Below, piece by piece: positions 52,688 through 64,000 of a stretch of DNA of 64,000 bases (its first letter is position 1; each line of letters starts with the position of its first letter). The translations under genes were made by a program, and so were the position numbers. Origin of the DNA: Octopus sinensis (lineage: Eukaryota); the NCBI RefSeq assembly GCF_006345805.1, contig NC_043001.1, positions 34,906,001 through 34,970,000 on the forward strand. The letters are read 5' to 3'. Under the pieces are notes generated by a model. That model did no database searches and was not told the DNA's origin. It worked only from the letters and a program-made list of their open reading frames with translations.

Positions 52688-54775
52688 GTAATAATAATAA
52701 TAATAATAATAAAAAAACAACTCGCGAAGGTTTCGTGATACACAATATCCTACTTATTTTTAGACCATGAATATTTTCAGGAAGATTGTTCTGTCTTTCA
52801 ACACGTAAACATCCAACACAGGATGCAATCATACATCTGTGAGTAGTTCTTTAAGAATTAAACAAATGTAACGGCAAATAAATACGGGGTTTAGCTAATA
52901 TTTTGACTGAACAGAAAGGTTTTCCTACTATTGACATGTAAAGAAATAAAGAAATATTTATTTGAAACGAAGTGTATTGAGAATATGACAAATGTAATTA
53001 TAATATATAAATATGAAGACAAAATGAATGAATATATATTTTTCAATAAACAGTGTTCCAGTAATATTTACAGAAATTTGAAAAGGGTTGTTTATCTTCA
53101 CGAACGAAAAGCATGTTAGACTTTGAAGCTGATATATGTATTAAGTAATTGGCAGAAAAGAAGAAATATACGGAAATATCTCTAGCGATAGAATTGAATG
53201 AATGGCCAAGGAAAATGGAGATAATTAGCAGTTATGCTTAGAGATATGTAGCGCTTACGATATGACTATACATATTTTAGAAATAATTTAGATCTAGGTG
53301 GCGTATAGATAACCATATATGGTAGAGAATCACTCAGTTTATGATAGTGAAGATGTGTTTGTGCGAGTGTACAAATGCCAGTATATGAATGGTAGCAATT
53401 CATGAGTTAGTGTTTAATTTTTGTTATATTTAGGTTTATACGGAATGTTTTACTTTTTAATTCTTCACTATCATGTCGAGTTAATTGAAGCTGTGTTAAA
53501 TTCTTAAAGCGAGGAGAGATCATTTGCAAATCGTTTCTATAAATTTTGACAGCTTCTTGTGTTTTCATTTCATGCTTCTGGTATAAATTATGGCATAGTA
53601 TATGTAGAATTAGTTTGTGGATTGGCTATGTAATATATCAGGAATCTTGAAGTGGCAATAAATTTTCAAGTGGAATGATTTGCTACTAGCTATGTTTTCT
53701 TCTATTTTTAGTTATTTGAAATAATCCTGAAAGGAAGGACCTTGTTTCTACTAAAGATACTAAAGCCCTATCATTGGAATCTAGATAAGAAAATCAATAT
53801 CATATTTTGAACTGGAGAAATGCATATTTTTACTGTTCCATTTAGAGATTGTGTTTGTAATGTGCGTGTTAGCTGGTTGATATCATTTCTTTTGGAGAGT
53901 CAGGCATTTACTCACAAAACCAGATCTACGAATTAGTATTGATATAAATGGAAATTTATAATCTTGGTACAGAAGCTGAAGATTTCGGGAGATGTTGCCC
54001 GTAGTTGTCCTCTTTTCCTTGTTTTTCGAAGAGATGTTCACATGTTAAGAGCTGCCGACCTCTATGACAATATACAGCCCGTTATGTTGACACTTGGTAG
54101 GAGGTATGATGGAAATGTTCCACCAATATTCTTCGTGTTGATGCTTTATCATGCATTTTATAAGAGGTGAGAATCTCTATATTTATAAAAGGACAGTCTT
54201 TCGGAGCACTGCATCCGTCAAAACTTCCATGCTTCCCGAGATTCGCCAACACTACACCTGATTTTCTCCCCTCCACACACACGCAAGCATGTATCTGACT
54301 CATACACTGTTCACATTCCAGACATTTGTACATTACTGCTTATGCTTTATACGTACTTTTGACAGGTTGTGGTGCACCTGAGCGCTGTATACAATAATTT
54401 CATTATTATTATTATTATAATATTATTTTAGTAACAACATCGTATCGCACTGGGAAGTTGTACATTGAGAGTACATTTTGAGCTGCTGCGGATCACGCGT
54501 GTGATATCTTCCTTGTATGTATGTGTGTACCGTGTTTTCCAGCTTGCAAGTCAAATTTTTCAGCAAAATATAAGAGGCTTTATAGCACCAAAAATTCCAT
54601 GTGATATGCAGTAGCATATGGAAAGATATTGACGTTGTTTGAATGTTTACATAGCATGTTTACACTATATATTACTCGACTTTTATGCCGAGGAATAAGA
54701 TATATATACACACATACGCACTCACACACTAGTCAACCTATACTTATTTGTCCAAATTATTTATTATACACACGC

Positions 54776-54826
<51 letters not shown>

Positions 54827-54879
54827 TGCATGTGCAGTGAGTTGTAGTTTATCACTTAATTCTTCACTTAATTTTTAAC

Positions 54880-56450
54880 AATTTTGCTTAACACCAAGCT
54901 TAGAAGCTTTTTTTTTTCTATGAACGTTTTTAAGAGCCCATCATTCAACTGAAATTACTGCACACTTTGATATTTCTATATTATTGAAAATATCAAACTG
55001 TGCAGCATTTTCTACTTGGCCTTTGGACTTATTGATTTACATTTTCAACTGCGATTTAAAACGATAAATGCAGACTGTGCACTTGCGATACATTTAATTT
55101 CTTTTTGTCATCACATCGATTTCTAATATCTCGAAGATAGCAAAAACCCATCATATCTTGGGTTGTTTGGCTCTTGTGCTTTGTTGGATTAGCTTCGCCG
55201 TAGGTTCCTCAGCTAAGCATTGATTCACTTTTATCAAATGTAATAAATCTTATTTCTTAAATTTTCTTTCACTTTCTACTTTATAATCGTCACTTCTTCT
55301 AAGCTACCAACAATAAGGAGAGAATCATCGGTGTATCTGAGATTAACAACGAGTATTCAACCGATTTTAACTACACATTTAAGAGACTCTAGAGGTACCG
55401 TCATTTTTATTGTTACAGAGATACCGAATAGCGAAAAGCAAAGGAGGGATATTTGTCATGCACCTGCTCTAATTCAAACCACACTGTAAAGTTCACCTCA
55501 GTTTCATCAGTTGCACACTTTTGAGAACAAAATGATTTTAAAATTTCTATTACATGTTGAAGGAATTTCTTTTCTGTTATCAATTTCCATAATTTGATTT
55601 CATAATTTTGTCAGATGCTTTTTGAGAGTCATTGAAACACAATGGTTAATTCTTAATTGCACTCTGTGTTTGATTTTAAGAATATTTTTTTTAAAACTAA
55701 CAATAACAAATCTCGTTCTAAAACCGATAATTTCTCTCTTATTTCAGTTTCATATTTGATTTGAATTCTATCAGTAATGATCTCAGATAGGTTTTACCAT
55801 TATGATTTATCGGAACCGTTTCTCCGTTGTGTTTACATAGCATTGTGTCATTACATAAAGCAAGTGAATGAAAATTGATTCAATACAGAGATTTTGAGTT
55901 GTCTATATTTTCATATTTTTTGCACATAGAATGTAACAGTTTTAGATATATTTCACTTCTTTTTTTTCAAAGTTTAATGCAGCGTTATCTGTTTCATATA
56001 CGTATTTTTAAAGATATTTAGTAGTTGCTTTGTAAACTTCAGAGATTACTATTAGAAGTTCCCTTTTGTAATATAATTTGGACTGATAATTTTGATAATT
56101 TTCTATCTGATTAAAACTTGCATATTTTTTGTGTAATTTATACCGTTATTCTTACTATATTCCATATATATCGTTCCCTACATGAAGAACATTGCCGTCT
56201 GTGTCGTTGATAACATCATTTCCACTTGATATTTTCTTGTTATTATCATAACTGATACGAAATCTTCTGCAGTATTTGTTATTGAATTGCTTTTTTTTTA
56301 CTCAACGCATGACAAGTACTGTAGACGCTTTTTTACTTGTCTTTTATCTTCATGGTTTAAAATTCATAACTCTGCTGTTGATATCATTCTCTAGATACAC
56401 ATGATATCTTATTATTTTGTTAACCAATTTTCAGTTTATGTCTCTTCTTT
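54880..56450 (-). pseudogene. Highly decayed RTE-clade LINE reverse transcriptase
   Basis: CFNDSQKASDKI (FID..KAFD); decayed GxRQG..SP.LF region; VKIG*ILVVNLRYTDDSLLIVGSLEEV (YADD-like motif at 55324-55335); later EIK..AQSAF and SLIFSII. The 5' boundary is uncertain. Confidence 0.75.
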
Positions 56451-56809
56451 TATCTATTTCACTCCGCCTTCCTTTCTCCTTTTTATGACTGGGCGTGTGT
56501 AACGTTTTTCTACAGGATCCTACTATGCATTTTTAGATATATTCAGCAATATTCCTCGGTGAATTTCTTCTTGATATTGCAGAAGATATATTAGTTGTAT
56601 TTTTTCCGTCTCTCTCTCTCTATATATATCTTTGGAATGTTTGCAAGATTGTATCCTCTTGAAGTTCTAAAATTAAATTTTTACTTCTATTACAGTGCAA
56701 TTAATATTTTACGCTAATTCAATATTTCCCTTTCCATATGTGTATGAATTTCTCTCTGTCGGAATATATAGGTACGGATGTATGTATGCATGTATGTATG
56801 TATGTATGT

Positions 56810-56998
56810 ATGTATGTATGTATGTATGTATGTATGTGTGTATATATGTGTGTGTGTATATATTTACATATAAATTTGTATATATCTATATATATATAGT
56901 GAAATATCCGTTTGCGTATTTATATATACACATATATATGTATGTATATATAAATATGTACATAAACATATAAATATGTGTGTATATGTATATGTATT

Positions 56999-57035
<37 letters not shown>

Positions 57036-57214
57036 GTATGTCTGTATGTATGTGTGTATATATGTGTGTGTGTATATATTTACATATAAATTTGTATATA
57101 TCTATATATATATAGTGAAATATCCGTTTGCGTATTTATATATACACATATATATGTATGTATATATAAATATGTACATAAACATATAAATATGTGTGTA
57201 TATGTATATGTATT

Positions 57215-57221
<7 letters not shown>
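56810..57221. repeat. 216-bp tandem duplication of low-complexity sequence
   Basis: GAAATATCCGTTTGCG occurs at 56901 and 57117. Confidence 0.85.
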
Positions 57222-57291
<70 letters not shown>

Positions 57292-57502
57292 TGAAATAGA
57301 AAGATGAATAATCTTGTTGCAGATTAATCAAAAGTTTAACCGATACCTTGGTAGCAAAAATCACAGCAGAAGACAGCACGGTTGGAGGTACAACCATATG
57401 GTGTTGCAACCGTGCGTTGGTGCGGATAATTGAATTTTAATATTATTAGTGAATTGAATAAATGGAGTTGAACGAAGATTGAACAGAAATCGTTTTATTG
57501 CA

Positions 57503-57582
57503 TTCTACACGTGTTTCGAAAGGCACAATTTACCAAATTCCGATTGAATAAGGAGACCATATTGTGTCTTTCTCTTCAGGAA
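57503..57582 (-). ncRNA. Minimal hammerhead ribozyme (intact core), left arm
   Basis: TTC-CTGAAGA-GAAAG..CTTTC-GAAA-CACGTG-TA-GAA. Confidence 0.8.
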
Positions 57583-58248
57583 GAAATAGGAAATCCGTTG
57601 GAAAAAACAAAAACAGAACAGAGGCGGAGCAAAACAAATCGAACGAGGCTCCTAAGAGCCCATGGCCAAACTGTTTATCAATGTATGTTGAAAACTGGTG
57701 GTGGGTGCGTTGAAGGTTTTAACGGGTCAGGCAGCGGTCATTCCGGTGGGTGGGAGCACAGGGTGCTTAGATGTTCTTTGTGACCGAGACATTTATTGAC
57801 GACGGGGGGTTTCTTTGACAAGGCAGGCTTAGACGAACACACGCACACATAAAAAATTGTTTTCTGCCACCCGACGGATTTTATAGCAGTGACCATTGTG
57901 TAGGGCTGTTTACCAACTGACGGCCACGTGATCAAATGCACATACGAACACATAGAACAGTACACACACACATGTTTCTAAGTAGATTTTATCTCGCCCC
58001 ATATAATACACCTAATATTCTTTAAATAGTCAGAACTTTAGTCTCGGTCACAAAGAACATCTAAGCACCCTGTGCTCCCACCCACCGGAATGACCGCTGC
58101 CTGACCCGTTAAAACCTTCAACGCACCCACCACCAGTTTTCAACATACATTGATAAACAGTTTGGCCATGGGCTCTTAGGAGCCTCGTTCGATTTGTTTT
58201 GCTCCGCCTCTGTTCTGTTTTTGTTTTTTCCAACGGATTTCCTATTTC

Positions 58249-58328
58249 TTCCTGAAGAGAAAGACACAATATGGTCTCCTTATTCAATCGGAATTTGGTA
58301 AATTGTGCCTTTCGAAACACGTGTAGAA
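58249..58328 (+). ncRNA. Minimal hammerhead ribozyme (intact core), right arm
   Basis: CTGAAGA at 58252-58258, GAAA at 58314-58317, palindromic stem III ACACGTGT, predicted cleavage after 58325. Confidence 0.8.
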
Positions 58329-58381
58329 TGCAATAAAACGATTTCTGTTCAATTTTCGTTCAACTCCATTTATTCAATTCA

Positions 58382-58468
<87 letters not shown>

Positions 58469-58527
58469 TTCGTTTTGGGATTTGGTTTGCAAGATTCTTT
58501 ATATGAGTTCGTGTGTTAAAATATATT

Positions 58528-58652
58528 CTGTTGTGTCTGGGGAGAGTCATTTTCTTTTTCGGGGAATAAAAATATGAAATAAGTGGAAATTTTACCGGTG
58601 ATTGTGTTACATTCTAAGGCACCAAATAAATGACTCTCCCCAGACACAACAG
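58528..58652. repeat. 25-bp perfect inverted repeat between microsatellites
   Basis: CTGTTGTGTCTGGGGAGAGTCATTT (58528-58552) / AAATGACTCTCCCCAGACACAACAG (58628-58652). Confidence 0.85.
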
Positions 58653-58956
58653 TATATGATGTGTATATATATATATATGTGTGTGTGTGTGTATGTGTGT
58701 GTGTGTGTGTCTGTGTATGTACGTATCTAGCAATCTATCTATCTATCTATCTAGCTGTCTATATATATATATGTATATACATACATACACATTTCAGTGT
58801 ATATGTACGTTTGTGCGTATGTGTGTGGAAAGAGTAAGGTGGAGGAAGGCACTTCATAATTCATTGCGTTTTCACTTAGGAGCCACTGTGGGGAAATCTG
58901 AATGTTACCGTCCATTATTTTAAGGTGCCTTTGGAGCTGTACAGACACCTCTCTGG

Positions 58957-58958
<2 letters not shown>

Positions 58959-58987
<29 letters not shown>

Positions 58988-59045
58988 CTTCTTCTTCTTC
59001 TTCTTCTTCTTCTTCTTCTTCTTCTTCTTCTTCTTCTTCTTCTTC
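58959..59045. repeat. (CTT)n microsatellite
   Basis: Read directly from sequence. Confidence 0.97.
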
Positions 59046-59144
59046 TGCTTGTCATTGTTGGATCATATTTATATAACATTCATATAATAATCGGTAAAAT
59101 ATGTATAATACAGAAAACTCAGCAAGTAACAACTATTTGAAACC

Positions 59145-59412
<268 letters not shown>

Positions 59413-59528
59413 CATCAGAAGGTATAGCAGCACAAAGAGCAGCAGCCTGAGGTGTGGTAGCTCCTATTTCCGTTAGATTTTTCAAGAACGGAATAAGTCT
59501 AGCCACCATAAATAAACGAACAATTATG

Positions 59529-59567
<39 letters not shown>

Positions 59568-60009
59568 CTGTGTGTGTGTATGTGTGTGGTTGTGTACAAG
59601 TGAACAACAAAGTCAAAATAAAGCAGACAAAAAGAAAAGATGGAACATTAAGGAAAGCAAAGCAAATATGTTTCCTATTTAATATAACAAATAAACAGCG
59701 TCTGTATCGCAAACAGAGACAGCAACAACAACTACAATAACAAAAGCAACAACAATTGTCTGGAAATAACAAGCCCGGAAGATGGCATATAAAAAACTTT
59801 TAGACAAATACATCACATTGGAAATTTCGCGGCTTGTTCTGTCTTTAATTCTTGTTCATGTGAATGTGATGATCACACACACACACACACACACGCGCGC
59901 ACACACACGCACACACACACACGCACACACACGTAGACCCACATATACACACACAGGCGCAGGAGCGTATATATATATATATATATATATAATCCTAAAA
60001 TAGCCATAC

Positions 60010-60770
60010 TCTCTGGGGAACCCTTCCTCTTGAGCGGAACATTTTACATCATCTTATAATATCAGAGATCCAGGAGTAATTGTTGATAACAACCTCACTC
60101 GGAGAGCCCACATCAACAAAAAGGTCGATAAAGCTCGTAGGATGAACTCCTGGATCCTAAGAAGCTTCCGGACCAGAGAACAATTTATCATCTTTCCACA
60201 TTTCACCTCCTTCGTACGGCCACACTTTGAATACTGCTGTCCCCTGGTTCTCCCTATACAAAACAAATGATCTCGAAAATTGAATCACCCCAGAGGGCAC
60301 TCACTAAAATAATTAAGGGCATGATTGTTCTCGATTACTGGGACAGCATTAAAGCATTGAAACTCCAGCGCCGCTATGAACGATACATTATTTGCACGTT
60401 GTTGAGAATATACCACCAGCATTGCTGAAACGAACTCAACATTAGCTTCAAAATTCATCCAAGGTTAGGAACACGGGCCATACGTGCCCGACCCAATTCA
60501 GGATCACAACACATTTTACATTGTCTCGGAACAGATCAAAGAGGAAAAGGATCCCATTGCCTCTAGACGGAATCTGAACAAATTTCTTCAAGTAATACCA
60601 GGTAATCCACTTATACCTGGATACAACTCACTCAACAAGAACACCCTACTCGAGTGGACCATAATACCCCAAAACTTGACTTAAAATGGATTTAGCTAAT
60701 CCTATCAGGTGGTGCTATATGTAAGACTTGGCCTGGACGAATCTTTGGTCGGAACATATCTAAGCTTATA
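60010..60770 (+). mobile_element. CR1/L2-group LINE 3' fragment
   Basis: IRDPGVIVDNNLTRRAHINKKVDKARRMNSWILRSFRTRE..FVRPHFEYCCPL, then YWDSIKAL..QRRYERYII. Typical post-RT region, frameshifted. Confidence 0.85.
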
Positions 60771-60848
60771 TATATATATATATGCATATATATGTATATA
60801 TGCATATATAGGTATATGTGTGTGTGAGCGCGTGTGTGTGTGTGTGTG

Positions 60849-60889
<41 letters not shown>

Positions 60890-61199
60890 AAAGACTTTCT
60901 CACTTCCCGAGCGTTAAACTAATACCTTTGTTTGTTGTTTACACACCCGTCTTCGTCTTCGTTGACACACACACATACACACATACAAACACACACATAC
61001 ATATTTATGCACATATGGATACATATATGTGTATATTTGGATATATATATATATATGTATATATGTAGAGAGAGAGAGAGATAAATAGATAGATTGCTAA
61101 ATAGATAAATATATATATATATAATATACAAACATTCATACAAACACGCACACACACGCACACATATACATTGATAGATCAATTGTTAAACAGATATAT

Positions 61200-61441
61200 A
61201 GATACACAGATGATTATGAAGATGGTGACATTGATGGTAATTATAGTGAGGCTGTTTGATGGTTGGTAGTAGCAACAATAATGATATATTCATGATCATC
61301 AAGATGATGATCATGAAGACGTCGATGACGACGGTGGCGGCGACGACGACAATGATGATGGTACTAATTTTTGGTGTTGTCATCTTTGGTAGATGCAAAA
61401 ATGTTAATGATGTCTTCATTTATGTTGATTAGGTTCATGAT

Positions 61442-61490
<49 letters not shown>

Positions 61491-61571
61491 GTGCGAGGAT
61501 GATCGTGTTTTGTATCGTCTTCTAAATGTTTTACGTTCTTATCCCAGTTTGTATTTTTCTACATATAATAT

Positions 61572-61620
<49 letters not shown>

Positions 61621-62250
61621 GCACAATAACGGTGATGAACGTAATGTTGATGATACAGATGATGACGATAGTGGGGGATAGTAATGTGGGACATAGTTGG
61701 AAGTGGGGTATGAGTAGTGATAAAACTGATGAAGATGACAAGGAAGTGGACAATGGCAGCCAGGATGGTGTGATGATGATGATGATGGTGGTGATGATGA
61801 TGACGATGATGATGATGATGCTGATGATGATGATGATGATAAAGAGGATTATAAAGATGAGGATAATATGATGATGATGATGATGACGATGATGATTGTG
61901 GTGATGAGACAGAAGGTGATGAGGTTGATGAAGATGATGATGAGGTTGGGTATGGTGATGATGAAGACGATGATGATGGAGATGATAAAAAATAACATAA
62001 CGGTTTCTAATGATGCTGCGGTTGCTGCTGCTGCTGATGATGTGGAAACTTTCTAATAGGGAGTTGTGGTAAAATGTGACGGCGGGAATATCAGTGATAA
62101 TAACAACGACAATGAAATCGATGAATATGATGGATACAAAAGTATGGCTGATAGAGTTGAGAATGAGGGTAATGATGATGACGATGATGATGATGATGAT
62201 GATGGCGGTGGTGGTGGTGGTGGTCGTCGTCGTCGTGAGGATGATGATGT
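61200..62250. repeat. Imperfect (GAT)n/(GGT)n trinucleotide-rich low-complexity region
   Basis: Read directly from sequence; source of the poly-M and poly-D ORFs. Confidence 0.9.
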
Positions 62251-62595
62251 TGATGCAGAGTTGTTCCTGTTCGTTTCCTTTCCTTTGAAACTACAGACTT
62301 GCTGTATGGGTGGTCCTTTACTAATTCGTGTTCACTGATTAAACGAAATGATACTAAATTATATCAAAAGAGACAGACACAAAGGCAAACACGCAAAAAC
62401 GTATATACATACATACATGTGTATGTTTCTGTGTATATAGGTAAACATATGTGTGCATATATGTCTGTATGTATAAACGTGTGTGTGTATACATTTATAT
62501 TTAATGCACACATAAAAATGGGCATAGATATACATACATACACAACATACATACATACATACATACATACATACATACATACATACATACATACA

Positions 62596-62629
<34 letters not shown>

Positions 62630-63011
62630 GGTATATATATTTGTCTATCTTTCTGGATATCTCTGCATTCGCCTGCCTGGATTTAGTGATATATGTCTTT
62701 CTGTAAGAATCTTTAAAGCTATGTATATACTATTAGCCATAAGCCTAGATAAATATATGAACAAACACGCACGCATACCCACAGGCGCGCACACACTCAC
62801 ACACGTACATAAGGTAATTTTATGTATATATGTATGTATGTGTGTATGTATGTATATATGTATATATATGTGTGTGTGTGTACTTTTGTACATTTCTAGG
62901 AATTCTCTAAGTTTCTTGGTTTGAGGTTAACTTCCATTAACACTGCTGTTTTACCTTTGTGTGCAATTTTAGTTGACTCAAAAATCTATTTGCACGCCCT
63001 ACATATGTATA

Positions 63012-63322
63012 TGGAGACACAATGGCCCAGTGGTTAGGACAGCGGACTCACGGTCGTAGGATCGCGGTTTCGATTCCCGGATCGGGCGTTCTGAGTGTTT
63101 ATTGAGCGAAAACGCCTATAGCTCCACGAGGCTCCGGCAGGGGGTGGTGGCGATCCCTGCTGTACTCTTTCACCACAACTTTCTCTCACTCTTTCTTCTG
63201 TTGGCCTGTTCGCTTAGCCAGCGGGGTCGCGTCATTTGAAGGCTAAAGCAATGCGAAGCGCATTGTGACCAGCGATATGTAGCAACATCTGATAGCCTGG
63301 TCGGTCACGTGATTACGTGTGA
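63012..63322 (+). mobile_element. SINE family C (tail type 2), full length
   Basis: TGGAGACACAATGGCCCAGTGGTTAGG..GCTTAGCCAGCGGGGTCGCG..GATAGCCTGGTCGGTCACGTGAT. Confidence 0.9.
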
Positions 63323-63449
63323 CATATGTATATATACGCCCCAACACACACAGACACTCACAGAAGTTTGTGTGTTTGTATATGCATGTGTGAGCGTGTA
63401 CGCTTCTGTGTGTCTGTATATATATGTATGTATGATCTATATATATATA

Positions 63450-63610
63450 TTGGAATGGCTGTGTGTTAAGAAGCATGCCTCCCAACCTCATAGTTCTGCA
63501 TTGAGTCCCACTGCATGGGATCTTGGGCAAGTTTCTTCTATTATAGCCTCCAGTCGACCAAAGTCTTGTGAGTGGATTTGGTTGAGGGAAACTGAAAGAA
63601 GCCCGTCATG
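63450..63610 (+). mobile_element. SINE family A head, diverged
   Basis: GGAATGGCTGTGTGTTAAGAAGC..CTTGGGCAAG..GTGAGTGGATTTGG..GAAAGAAGCCCGTC. Confidence 0.8.
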
Positions 63611-64000
63611 TTTATGTTTATGTTTGTATGAATGTGTGCGTGTGTATATAGTTCATAGATAAGAATCAGATACTTGCTGTATAGCATACCCTTAGCGTGT
63701 AGAGAATTAAATGTAGGGACAAGCGAGTTAGACAGGTCAATATTTAAAATATATCAAAGAGATGAAATACGAAAAACAAAATGTATATATTTTATATATC
63801 CTAAAAGGTTTCGACTTGTGTATTTCTATGAATTTCTAGTGTCTATATGTTTAAGAAAAGAGATAGGGAGAGACACTTGCATGTAACCAGTAGCTGAACC
63901 TCTTCCAAACGCAACAACAGCCATACGTCATATGTACAGAGCTCAGCAATACAGAACATTACTGCTTTGAGTGATTTCGTAGGGCAGACGATCCAACCTT

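Larger units (their letters stand above)
57444..58387. repeat. Near-perfect 347-bp inverted repeat (arms 57444-57790 and 58041-58387, 250-bp spacer); PLE-type pLTR fold-back
   Basis: Identical 90-aa ORFs on opposite strands, with coordinates summing to 115831; one mismatch seen by eye. Confidence 0.95.

Noticed and set aside
55416-55486. Plus-strand exon-like segment
   Set aside because: It lies antisense within the decayed RTE RT.
57511-58320. Two identical 90-aa ORFs (plus a relative at 28665) as a duplicated gene
   Set aside because: They arise from the inverted repeat, start at GTG within the ribozyme stem, are antisense to the HHR and show no protein motif.

Overview
This is AT-rich, microsatellite-dense eukaryotic DNA. 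The SINE families and repeat landscape point to an Octopus (coleoid cephalopod) genome; that is inferred from recognised repeats, not from a database search. I found no intact cellular protein-coding gene, and most listed ORFs are translations of microsatellites. The window holds about 20 copies of three tRNA-derived SINE families and several DNA-transposon remnants: an IR/DR-type Tc1 nested in a SINE, a maT/DD37D fragment, mariner remnants, a Merlin-like MITE with an 8-bp TSD and a Helentron/HINE-like element. It also holds non-LTR retrotransposon fragments from several clades: Tx1, an RTE RT ghost, a non-autonomous RTE, R4/Dong in a TAA repeat, a HERO-like RLE piece and CR1/L2. The most striking signal, which the ORF track does not show, is about 11 minimal hammerhead-ribozyme (HHR) motifs of the Penelope-like (PLE) type from several unrelated sequence families, most near (TA)n tracts. 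Three pairs sit in head-to-head inverted repeats, including a near-perfect 347-bp fold-back at 57444-58387. A separate perfect 179-bp inverted duplication of a SINE plus flank lies at 13178-13642. A few splice-signal-flanked candidate exons and a possible Sushi-domain ghost are reported at low confidence. All alignments and folds were done by eye.
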